Positions 6,669-14,077 of a DNA stretch of 25,019 nt are shown here, in pieces. Both the position numbers and the translations under genes were made by a program. The notes under the pieces were generated by a model. The model was not told the DNA's origin, made no database searches, and saw nothing but the letters and a program-made list of their open reading frames with translations. Every line of letters starts with the position of its first letter. The stretch's first letter is position 1. Source of the DNA: an uncultured Gammaproteobacteria bacterium (GTDB lineage Bacteria; Patescibacteriota; Patescibacteriia; 2-01-FULL-39-33). The stretch lies in contig CAYIIA010000001.1 of NCBI GenBank assembly GCA_964363385.1, positions 1 through 25,019 on the forward strand. The letters run 5' to 3'.

Positions 6669-7952
6669 ATGAAACAAGCGTTTCTCCCAGAAAAAGTTGT
6701 TTTCTATATTGAACCAAATGAACGGCTGGGGACCATTCATAATCTAAAAAACGATGGAAGGGCGTATGTCAATGCCGACACGATAGAGATTATTCGGCAT
6801 TTGGTCCAGGGGAATGATCTGGGTTCCTTTTTTCCATCGGAAATGCCAAGGGAAGAAAGAGAAGGGCTTATTCGGCAAAGTGAGTCCGTGTTGCGTCAGT
6901 TAGAGGATTCAGGGTTTTTGACCGAAGAGAATTCTGGCCGGCAAGGGCTGATCAAAGAAGTAAAAGCCGATCCGTCGCTTAGAGTGGTTTTCATCGAACT
7001 GACGAAAGAATGCAACTTGCGATGCAAGCATTGCTACGTTCCTGACGGTAGCGGTTCCGCAAAGCGCATGAATCGCAGCCAGATGACCTTTGCCGAGGTC
7101 TGCGGTTTAATCTCGCAGATTGATGAGCTGGGAGTGATGGAACTCCAACTTACTGGCGGAGAGCCATTTATTCTGCCATACATTCTTGGTGTTATAAAGG
7201 AAGCGCAGAACAGACTAATCCCTTGCTCTATTTTTACTAATGGAACATTAATGACTGAGGATATATTTAGATATATATCCGAAAACAATCATGGCTTGAT
7301 TTTCTACATAAGCCTGGATGGCCATCAAAAAACCCATAATGCTTTCCGTAGAAGTCAGGGAGCGTTCCAAAAGACCGTCGGGGCGATCGAAAGGTTGCTT
7401 CAAATGGATTGCGATGTCAGGATTAATACTTCTATCGGCAGGCATAACATCTCCGAGATGCGCCAATTCATCGAATTCGTGAAAAACAAATTTGGTGTTT
7501 TGCACAGGTTGGTTACTGTGGAGCCTATTGGTCGGGCAAATGCTGAAATAACCATTTCCGCCGAAGAATTCGCGGATCTGCTTCGGGAGAGTCAAAATAC
7601 GTTTGAATTCCTCGATAGCCACGACTCAATTGCCGATTGGTCGACTCCTGCCTGCGGAATCGGTTCATCAATGTTATTTATCGACGCATACGGCGATGTG
7701 TCGTTCTGCCCGACTTTAACGCAAAGAGAAAATCCTGAGTTCTTGGCAGGGAGCGTCGCCCATTCTTCGCTAAAGGATATCTGGGAAAATTCATCTGTCT
7801 TTAGACAATTCAGATGGTTGCAATGCAGAGAAGTGGAACAATGCGGTTTTCGCGAATTATGCAAAGGGGGTTGCAGAAGCCGGGCGTATCTGTCCACTGG
7901 AGACGCCAATTCGCCTGATCACGCAATGTGTTTGTTGTATAAGAAGAGTTAA
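6669..7952 (+). CDS. Radical SAM/SPASM peptide maturase with N-terminal PqqD/RRE-like domain (427 aa)
   Basis: AAGGAGG SD before ATG 6669; RRE-like GTIHNLKNDGRAYVN...VLRQLEDSGFL; CNLRCKHC (CxxxCxxC); LTGGEP; SPASM-type CGIG...GDVSFCP...CREVEQCGFRELCKGGC...AMC. Confidence 0.9.
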   Translation: MKQAFLPEKVVFYIEPNERLGTIHNLKNDGRAYVNADTIEIIRHLVQGNDLGSFFPSEMPREEREGLIRQSESVLRQLEDSGFLTEENSGRQGLIKEVKADPSLRVVFIELTKECNLRCKHCYVPDGSGSAKRMNRSQMTFAEVCGLISQIDELGVMELQLTGGEPFILPYILGVIKEAQNRLIPCSIFTNGTLMTEDIFRYISENNHGLIFYISLDGHQKTHNAFRRSQGAFQKTVGAIERLLQMDCDVRINTSIGRHNISEMRQFIEFVKNKFGVLHRLVTVEPIGRANAEITISAEEFADLLRESQNTFEFLDSHDSIADWSTPACGIGSSMLFIDAYGDVSFCPTLTQRENPEFLAGSVAHSSLKDIWENSSVFRQFRWLQCREVEQCGFRELCKGGCRSRAYLSTGDANSPDHAMCLLYKKS

Positions 7953-7957
7953 GTTTG

Positions 7958-7990
7958 AGCCTAGCCATCCGCGGTTGGGCTTTATTTTTT
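7958..7990 (+). terminator. Intrinsic terminator after the rSAM gene
   Basis: AGCCTAGCC/GGTTGGGCT stem followed by TTTATTTTTT. Confidence 0.7.
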
Positions 7991-8015
7991 GGCCTTAAAA
8001 TGGTATCATTCTTTT

Positions 8016-8786
8016 ATGAGCCTGCCGAAAGTAAAATTCATCGATATCCCGTTATCCAGAGAAATCGATTGGATGCATGGTTTTTTATTCCAAAACGAAT
8101 GGGGATGGGGGAGGTATATAATCAAGAAACATCCGAAGATTAAGAAAGTGCTTTCTTTCAAAACCGAGGCGGAGCAGGTCAAATTTTTAAAAGAGTATAT
8201 TATTAGGTTCAGGAAAGAAAATCGAAAACTGATAGAAAATAACAAAGCAGAATATCAAAGAAGGTGGAAAAGAGTAGAGAGGGATTTTTTTATCTTGCTT
8301 TCAGAAATTATGCGGATTAATTGGCCTAAAAACAGAAAAACGATCACAGCCATGGTTTCCATTAATCCAATCTGCCCCCGTTTTTTGAAAGACTGGAGTT
8401 TTTCTATTTTTTACGATTACAAGAAAATACCCCACGCATTGGAAGTTATTATGCACGAATCCTGTCATTTCTTGTATTTTGAAAAGTGGAAAAAGATGTA
8501 TCCTAAAATGAGCTTAAAAAGATTAGAATCTCCATATTTAGAATGGCATTTAAGCGAGATCATAGTGCCGATCATTTTGAATGACGGTCGTGTTCAGAAG
8601 TTATTGAAGCAAAAGGCGGTTTTTTACGCCGAGCATAAGAGGATAAAAATAGGTGTTAAAACCGCTCCAAGATATTTTACTGATTTATACAACAAGGTTG
8701 CTAAAATCGATGGTTTTGAAAAATTTTTAAAAAGATCGTGCCAGGCGATTAAAAGGAATGAAAAGCTGTTTAAGGCTCAACTTTGA
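8016..8786 (+). CDS. Hypothetical HExxH-motif (putative Zn-metalloprotease-like) protein (256 aa)
   Basis: VIMHESCHFLYF, then WHLSEIIV. Start placed at ATG 8016, after the terminator. Confidence 0.7.
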   Translation: MSLPKVKFIDIPLSREIDWMHGFLFQNEWGWGRYIIKKHPKIKKVLSFKTEAEQVKFLKEYIIRFRKENRKLIENNKAEYQRRWKRVERDFFILLSEIMRINWPKNRKTITAMVSINPICPRFLKDWSFSIFYDYKKIPHALEVIMHESCHFLYFEKWKKMYPKMSLKRLESPYLEWHLSEIIVPIILNDGRVQKLLKQKAVFYAEHKRIKIGVKTAPRYFTDLYNKVAKIDGFEKFLKRSCQAIKRNEKLFKAQL

Positions 8787-9048
8787 ATGTTAAAGCAATC
8801 ACTATAATACGGAATACAACAAAATTTATCAAAACAATAAAGATGCCTGGGGAAAGAACCCGAACAAATACCTGCAGATGGTCTGGCAGAGACTGGATCC
8901 CGGCTCGGAATTTTTAGATTTGGGCTGTGGCCAGGGAAGAGACTCGATGTTTATGGCCAAGCAGGGATTCAAGGTTGCGGCCGTTGACGAAAATAATCAA
9001 AGTGATATGATAAAGGCAAGAAGAAGTTCATTTCAACTTAGTATCTAA
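8787..9048 (+). pseudogene. Frameshifted, truncated class I methyltransferase (TehB-like N-terminus)
   Basis: The frame from 8794 reads ...AWGKNPNKYL...FLDLGCGQGRDSMFMAKQGFKVAAVD and then degenerates to TAA 9046. ATG 8787 is out of frame by one base. Confidence 0.75.
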
Positions 9049-9072
9049 AGGAGAGGAAAGGAGGTGGTAGTA

Positions 9073-9432
9073 ATGGCACATGCCACATATCCGTCAGTTT
9101 TTTGGGATAATAGTTCAAATGCCTACAAGTGTGAAATGCGGGATAAGAAAACCGGTCAAGCTTGGGGGCATGGTTACGGGATTACGCGTAACGAAGCTAT
9201 TCGTAATGCGCGTCATAACCAGCCGAAAGATCCCGTGGTTAAGAGAGCAATCGGCTGGGTGTCGCACCATCCGTTCATAGCCGGAGCCGCAGTCGGATGT
9301 TACTTGCAATACCGTCACGCCAGATATCACCAGGACGAACTGAGACCGGCTGATTATCTGGTAGCGGCGATTATGATGGGGACTATTGTTTGGGCCGCTG
9401 TCAAAGTCTTTGATTGGCTGATGGAACCCTGA
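9073..9432 (+). CDS. Hypothetical membrane protein (119 aa): small N-terminal alpha/beta domain plus two hydrophobic segments
   Basis: AAGGAGGTGG SD; hydrophobic segments FIAGAAVGCYL and YLVAAIMMGTIVWAAVKVF. Confidence 0.7.
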   Translation: MAHATYPSVFWDNSSNAYKCEMRDKKTGQAWGHGYGITRNEAIRNARHNQPKDPVVKRAIGWVSHHPFIAGAAVGCYLQYRHARYHQDELRPADYLVAAIMMGTIVWAAVKVFDWLMEP

Positions 9433-9588
9433 CCCGGCAACAGAAAGGAAAGAAGGTCGGAGTTTCAGAGCCAACATGGCTTTGGATTAGTACATATAGC
9501 CATTTAGCGGAATGGCCATCTACGCGTCACCGAAGAACATGAAAAAGAACGAGAGCAAGTCATTCCAAAAGAAGGGAGGTGTTGCCGT

Positions 9589-9672
9589 ATGAAGCAGATA
9601 GTTATCACTGAATCTCAAAGCATTGTGTCTGTCGCGCAAATCGTAATGTCAACGTCCTGCGGTATCGGATAA
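9589..9672 (+). CDS. Small peptide MKQIVITESQSIVSVAQIVMSTSCGIG (27 aa)
   Basis: GGGAGGTG SD 7 nt before the ATG. Below the ORF-track length cutoff. Confidence 0.5.
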   Translation: MKQIVITESQSIVSVAQIVMSTSCGIG

Positions 9673-9683
9673 CCAAGGAAGAG

Positions 9684-9872
9684 ATGGTTTGTCGCCCATT
9701 GTGGCTTGTCCCGTCCGACTTGTCGCTAGATAGCGACATTTTATTACCGCGGGGATTTCGCCACCGTAGTGGTACGATGACATTATGGCGTGTCGAGGAA
9801 CAGAGGGAAAGAGGTAGTCCAGAGGTCGCCCATAGAGGTAGAGTCCAGAGATACCATTTCAGATTCCGGTAA
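9684..9872 (+). CDS. Hypothetical protein (62 aa)
   Basis: Purine-rich AAGGAAGAG before the ATG; follows the 27-aa peptide by 11 nt; no recognised motif. Confidence 0.35.
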   Translation: MVCRPLWLVPSDLSLDSDILLPRGFRHRSGTMTLWRVEEQRERGSPEVAHRGRVQRYHFRFR

Positions 9873-9984
9873 GGGCTAACATCCGATGGCCACACGCACA
9901 TTTACCGAAGGTTCGTGTTGAATGCGCGATCCCACAGGAATGTCGCGCCGAAGAGCGATTTTCCTGACACGATTTTCCTGGCTC

Positions 9985-10181
9985 TTGACAGAGGTTTCCA
10001 CATCCTCTACAATGAAGTTAGTAAGGAGCAGTCGTGCTTCTTACAGTCCGCAAGGTACCTCGTATGAGGTAGTCGTGATACACGGCGAACAGCTAATTTG
10101 ACCTAACAGAACGAGTAGTCGCTATCTTGGTCAGATATGCTAGTCGCCGTTTTTTTGTCTAAATTTACATGCCACTTGACA
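9985..10181 (+). repeat. Module copy B: promoter P1 - structured RNA - terminator - promoter P2
   Basis: TTGACA(9985)-17-TACAAT(10008). Second promoter TTGACA(10176)-17-TATTAT(10199). Confidence 0.9.
10020..10156 (+). ncRNA. Candidate small RNA unit B (paralogue of unit A)
   Basis: Same stems as A, with ATTTGACC/GGTCAGAT replacing ATTTGACT/AGTCAGAT (compensatory change); ACGGCGA/TCGCCGT plus U-tract. Confidence 0.7.
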
Positions 10182-10263
10182 CAAAATAGGTTTTGTGATA
10201 TTATTATCTGAAGCATTAATGAAGGTTTTGGAGCACGTTTACAACCAAGAAAGGAGGCAGATT

Positions 10264-11226
10264 ATGCCGCACAGCCATCAGAAAAAGCTCTTGCGGCGTC
10301 TGTCGCCGTTTGAGCTGGAAAAGGAAGTCGACAGAAGGAAATCCCGGATTCATTTGTTCCAAGTCAGGGATGAAATCATCCAGGATGCGCCTGAAATCTT
10401 CGAATGTGAAGAGTTCAAAAGAGTCAAAAAGCATCCTAGCGTGAGTTGGTTCATCCGCAGTTTCTGGCAATGGAACGAGTATGCCCTGCCGATCATGAGT
10501 TCGTCTTCACATCCGAATTTCGGGATGCAGGACAAACTTTGTGAATTGGCCCACCCTTTCCTGAGAGGGACAGTCGTGGATCTAGGTTGCGGTGCTGGCG
10601 ATTTCTATAACCGTTTGTTCAAGGTCAATGGCCGGAAGATCGAAAAAATCTTCGCGGTGGATATTGACTGGGAGGCGTTAGTCCTGATGCCTCACAAGCT
10701 CAGAGAAGTCGGTTACCGAGGCAAGGTCGGCCTGATCCAAGGATCTACCATGTCTCGTCTGCCGGTTTGGAATGAAACCGCGGATTGCGTGCTTTCGAGC
10801 ATCGGAGGCGTCACCTATGCCGGCTGGTGGTTTGAGAACGACCGCCTTGTCTGCGAGGGTAGGGAGGCATTGTCCAAGTGTTTGAAAGAAGCCAACCGCG
10901 TTTTGAAGCTTGGCGGACATCTGGCATTCTCGAGCCTGAAGCCGAACCCGAATTTTGAGATGGTGCTGGCTGATTCGTTGATCTGGCCGGTAACGCATCT
11001 GAAGTTTGATGTGTTTTGGAGAGTTGCGAGGTACGGGTTCCACATCAAAAAAATCTCTCAGTTTCTCCATGAGGCTGAGAAAAGGCAGAATGCCCATTAC
11101 CTTTCTCTGGAAGAATGGGATTCCTGCCTGAAAGAAGCCGGGTTCGAGGTCGTTGTTTCGACTCTGGGCGAGTGTTACGCTAAGCAAGGCGTGGTAGTCG
11201 TTGCCAGGAAAACGCGCAATGTCTAG
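10264..11226 (+). CDS. Class I SAM-dependent methyltransferase with N-terminal extension (320 aa)
   Basis: AAGGAGG SD before ATG 10264; VVDLGCGAG; FAVDID; EANRVLKLGG. Confidence 0.85.
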   Translation: MPHSHQKKLLRRLSPFELEKEVDRRKSRIHLFQVRDEIIQDAPEIFECEEFKRVKKHPSVSWFIRSFWQWNEYALPIMSSSSHPNFGMQDKLCELAHPFLRGTVVDLGCGAGDFYNRLFKVNGRKIEKIFAVDIDWEALVLMPHKLREVGYRGKVGLIQGSTMSRLPVWNETADCVLSSIGGVTYAGWWFENDRLVCEGREALSKCLKEANRVLKLGGHLAFSSLKPNPNFEMVLADSLIWPVTHLKFDVFWRVARYGFHIKKISQFLHEAEKRQNAHYLSLEEWDSCLKEAGFEVVVSTLGECYAKQGVVVVARKTRNV

Positions 11227-11274
11227 GCTCCTAATGGTCCGTCGCATACGGGCAGTTAGGAGCTTATTTTTTTT
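11226..11274 (+). terminator. Intrinsic terminator after the methyltransferase gene
   Basis: GCTCCTAA/TTAGGAGC stem followed by a long U-tract. Confidence 0.75.
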
Positions 11275-11333
11275 GCTTTGAAAATGTGGTATAATATGAA
11301 CAATGATAGCTCATATTTAAAACAGGGGGAATT

Positions 11334-12977
11334 ATGAATTTTTTTGCTTTATCTGGTTTAACCAACGGCTTAATAGCTTTAATGTTTGGGTTTTTTGTGG
11401 TTTATGAAAACCGTAAGAATGTTATTAATATAACTTGCGGATTATTAACATTAGCAACGGCTGTATGGTCTTTAAGTTATTGGCTTTGGCTCGGTTTTGG
11501 GTCTAGTCATGATTTGGCATTGTTTTTTGTAAGACTATTGTCGTTAGGGTCCACCTGGATTCCAATTTTTTATTTGCATTGGATTCTGTCTTTGCTCGGC
11601 CTACAGAAAAGAAAAAAATTCTTATTACTTTTTGGCTACGTAATCACGGTATTACTTAGTATATTCGGTTTTTCAGATCTTTTCGTATCCGGTGTCCAGC
11701 AGAAAATGTATTTTAATTTTTGGCCGAATGCAGGGATATTATATTCTTTTTATATTTTTATTTTTTATGGCGGCATTGTGGTTTATTGCCTTTATCTTTT
11801 AACTAGAGCGGCCATAAAAAGCAAAGGCGCTGAAAGAAGCCAATTATTATATGTCATTGCCGGTACTATTGTCGGATTTGGCGGTGGAGCAACGAATTTT
11901 TTGCTATGGTATAATATTATGATTCCCCCTTATGGAAACTTTTTAGTTGGCCTTTATCCGATAATTTTTACCCATGCCGTTACGGAGCATAGATTTATGG
12001 GGATTAAGGTAGCGACTACAAAGGTTTTTTCAGTGATGATAATAGTGATTTCTTTTATAGAACTTTTAATTTCAAGGTCTCTGCAGGAATTGGTTTTTAG
12101 ATTTTTTATTTTTGTCATAGTGGCATTTTTCGCTTTTTCGCTTTTCCGGTCTGTTTTAATTGAGATAAGACGCCGCGAAGAAGTAGAACGCCTGGCCAAG
12201 AAACTCCAGAAAGCCACCAATGATCTCAAAGCCGCCAACAAAGAACTCCAGAGATTGGATGAAGCCAAATCCGAATTCCTTTCCATTGCCTCCCACCAAT
12301 TAAGGACGCCTCTGACGATCATCAAAGGATACATTTCCATGATGGTAGAAGGCAGTTATGGTTCCATCTCGAACAAAGTGAAAGAAAACTTGGGGAAAAT
12401 GTATATCGCTTCCGAACGTTTAATCTCTTTGGTGGAGACTCTGCTTAACATCTCCCGCATCGAAGCCGGCAGATTGGAATTCAATCTGCAGCCCACGGAT
12501 TTTTCCGAAGTAGTCGGATCAATAGTGGAAGACTTCCAGCAGAAAGCCAAAGAAAAGAATTTGAAGCTGGGATTTTATCCGGAAAAGAACCTGCCCAAAG
12601 TCATGACTGACGGAGAAAAGATCAAGGAAGTCATTTCCAATTTCTTGGATAATTCCATCAAGTACACGGAAAAAGGAGAGGTCACGGTCAGCCTCCACCA
12701 AGAGAGCCAGTCCGTGGTGTTTTCCTGCCAGGATACAGGCAGGGGCGTGGAACCGGAAGATCTGCCGAGGCTGTTCAATAAGTTCGTCCGGGGCAAGGGT
12801 ATGATGCAGATACACACTGAAGGCACAGGCCTAGGATTGTATTTTGGAAGAATGGTCATTGAAAACATGGGTGGAAGGATCTGGGCGGAGAGTCCGGGCA
12901 AGAACCAGGGATCCAAATTTTCCTTTTCTCTGCCTCTGGCAAACAAGAAAGAGGCTAAGAAGATAAGTCCCGCCTAA
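11334..12977 (+). CDS. Membrane sensor histidine kinase (N-terminal 7TM/HisKA_7TM-like input, HisKA, HATPase)
   Basis: Multiple TM segments; H-box SIASHQLRTPLT; N-box NFLDNSIKYT; G-boxes DTGRG and GTGLGL. Confidence 0.92.
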   Translation: MNFFALSGLTNGLIALMFGFFVVYENRKNVINITCGLLTLATAVWSLSYWLWLGFGSSHDLALFFVRLLSLGSTWIPIFYLHWILSLLGLQKRKKFLLLFGYVITVLLSIFGFSDLFVSGVQQKMYFNFWPNAGILYSFYIFIFYGGIVVYCLYLLTRAAIKSKGAERSQLLYVIAGTIVGFGGGATNFLLWYNIMIPPYGNFLVGLYPIIFTHAVTEHRFMGIKVATTKVFSVMIIVISFIELLISRSLQELVFRFFIFVIVAFFAFSLFRSVLIEIRRREEVERLAKKLQKATNDLKAANKELQRLDEAKSEFLSIASHQLRTPLTIIKGYISMMVEGSYGSISNKVKENLGKMYIASERLISLVETLLNISRIEAGRLEFNLQPTDFSEVVGSIVEDFQQKAKEKNLKLGFYPEKNLPKVMTDGEKIKEVISNFLDNSIKYTEKGEVTVSLHQESQSVVFSCQDTGRGVEPEDLPRLFNKFVRGKGMMQIHTEGTGLGLYFGRMVIENMGGRIWAESPGKNQGSKFSFSLPLANKKEAKKISPA

Positions 12978-13023
12978 AAAACGGGATTTTAGTTTTAGCC
13001 TAATTTAGCTATTTTATTTGATT

Positions 13024-13075
13024 AAACTTTATACAATTTCATTTTTTTGACAAACTTTATAAAGTTTGCTAGAAT
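13024..13075 (+). promoter_or_regulatory. Promoter TTGACA(13047)-17-TAGAAT(13070) containing the perfect 18-bp palindrome CAAACTTTATAAAGTTTG (13051-13068), plus a second imperfect copy (13024-13039)
   Basis: Read directly from the sequence; lies upstream of an HTH-containing gene. Confidence 0.75.
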
Positions 13076-13081
13076 AAAAAC

Positions 13082-14014
13082 ATGAATATACGCCAAAAAT
13101 TGGAAATCATCAGAAAATCCCTGGGCCTGACCCAGGTTAAGCTGGCAGAAAAACTCGGCGTGTCTTTTGTTTCTTTTAACCGTTGGTGGACCGGTAAATC
13201 TGTTCCCCGGCCCAAAGTCCAAGCCGCCATTAATGATTTGTTTCTGGCTGTAACCGGACAGAAAACGATTCCGACCGACCAGCTCTCTGCCAAAAAGCAG
13301 ATCCTAAAGAAGAAATCGGCGGAGCATAATAATATCATCTCTGAAATTTTAGCCAATCCTGACATCCGCGACCAGCTTGTTTTGAAACTCACCTACAACA
13401 GCAATAGCATTGAAGGAAGCACTCTTACCGAGCCGGATACGGCAGCCATCCTTTTTGACAACGCGGCTCTGCCTGACAAGAGCTTGACGGAACAATTGGA
13501 AGCGAAGAATCATCAGACTGCTTTGGTTTTTTTATTCAACCAAATCGCAAAAAAGGAAAGGATAGACGAGGGGCTGGTTTTAAAACTCCATCAAATCCTA
13601 ATGAACGGCATCCGGCCGGATGCCGGATTATATCGCCGGCACGGTGTCAGGCTTGTCGGCGTCAATCTGCCGACCGCGAATTATTTGAGCGTCCCCAGGT
13701 TGATGTCAAAGGTAATGGATGATGCCAATAAAAAAACCAATGACATTATTTCTTTGTCTGCCAGCGTCCACAGCCGTTTTGAGCAGATCCATCCATTCTC
13801 GGACGGCAACGGACGTATCGGCCGCTTACTGGCGAATTTCATGCTCTTGAAAGCCGATCTGGCTCCGGCTATAATCCATCAAAAGCGGAAGCGCCTTTAT
13901 TACGCTTATCTGTACAAGGCTCAGACTGAGAATAACCATGACCAGCTGGAAGATTTCTTCTGTGATGCGATCATGGACGGCTTCAAGGTTTTAGAACGCA
14001 AAGAAATGGATTAA
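13082..14014 (+). CDS. XRE-type HTH - Fic domain protein (310 aa)
   Basis: N-terminal LGLTQVKLAEKLGVSFVSFNRW; inhibitory-type SNSIEG; canonical Fic motif HPFSDGNGRIGR. Confidence 0.92.
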   Translation: MNIRQKLEIIRKSLGLTQVKLAEKLGVSFVSFNRWWTGKSVPRPKVQAAINDLFLAVTGQKTIPTDQLSAKKQILKKKSAEHNNIISEILANPDIRDQLVLKLTYNSNSIEGSTLTEPDTAAILFDNAALPDKSLTEQLEAKNHQTALVFLFNQIAKKERIDEGLVLKLHQILMNGIRPDAGLYRRHGVRLVGVNLPTANYLSVPRLMSKVMDDANKKTNDIISLSASVHSRFEQIHPFSDGNGRIGRLLANFMLLKADLAPAIIHQKRKRLYYAYLYKAQTENNHDQLEDFFCDAIMDGFKVLERKEMD

Positions 14015-14046
14015 ATTAGGAAGAATAAAAATCCTTTAGGGATGAC

Positions 14047-14074
14047 AAAACCCCGCTCCTAGGAGCGGGGTTTT
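14047..14074. terminator. Bidirectional terminator between fic and thrS
   Basis: Perfect palindrome AAAACCCCGCTCCT/AGGAGCGGGGTTTT. Confidence 0.85.
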
Positions 14075-14077
14075 ACC

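Noticed and set aside
9539-9592. 17-aa ORF MKKNESKSFQKKGGVAV overlapping the 27-aa peptide start
   Set aside because: It has no SD. Its KKGG merely encodes the next gene's SD, as also seen upstream of the RiPP precursor.
9650-9672. Similarity of the peptide end SCGIG to ACGIG in the rSAM SPASM domain
   Set aside because: A four-residue match only, with no flanking similarity; probably chance.
6076-10181. RNA units A/B as IS110 bridge RNA, TnpB/IscB omega-RNA, tracrRNA or retron msr-msd
   Set aside because: No recombinase, nuclease or reverse transcriptase is in the window and I recognised no diagnostic sequence. A trans-acting partner elsewhere cannot be excluded.
1098-11274. Integron cassette array (attC sites)
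   Set aside because: Inter-gene hairpins lack paired RYYYAAC/GTTRRRY cores (11227-11263 is closest but has TAAT), read as terminators with U-tracts, and there is no intI. Genes have their own promoters.
1098-11274. Prophage or integrative element
   Set aside because: No structural, integrase, relaxase or replication genes, and no att-like flanking repeats.
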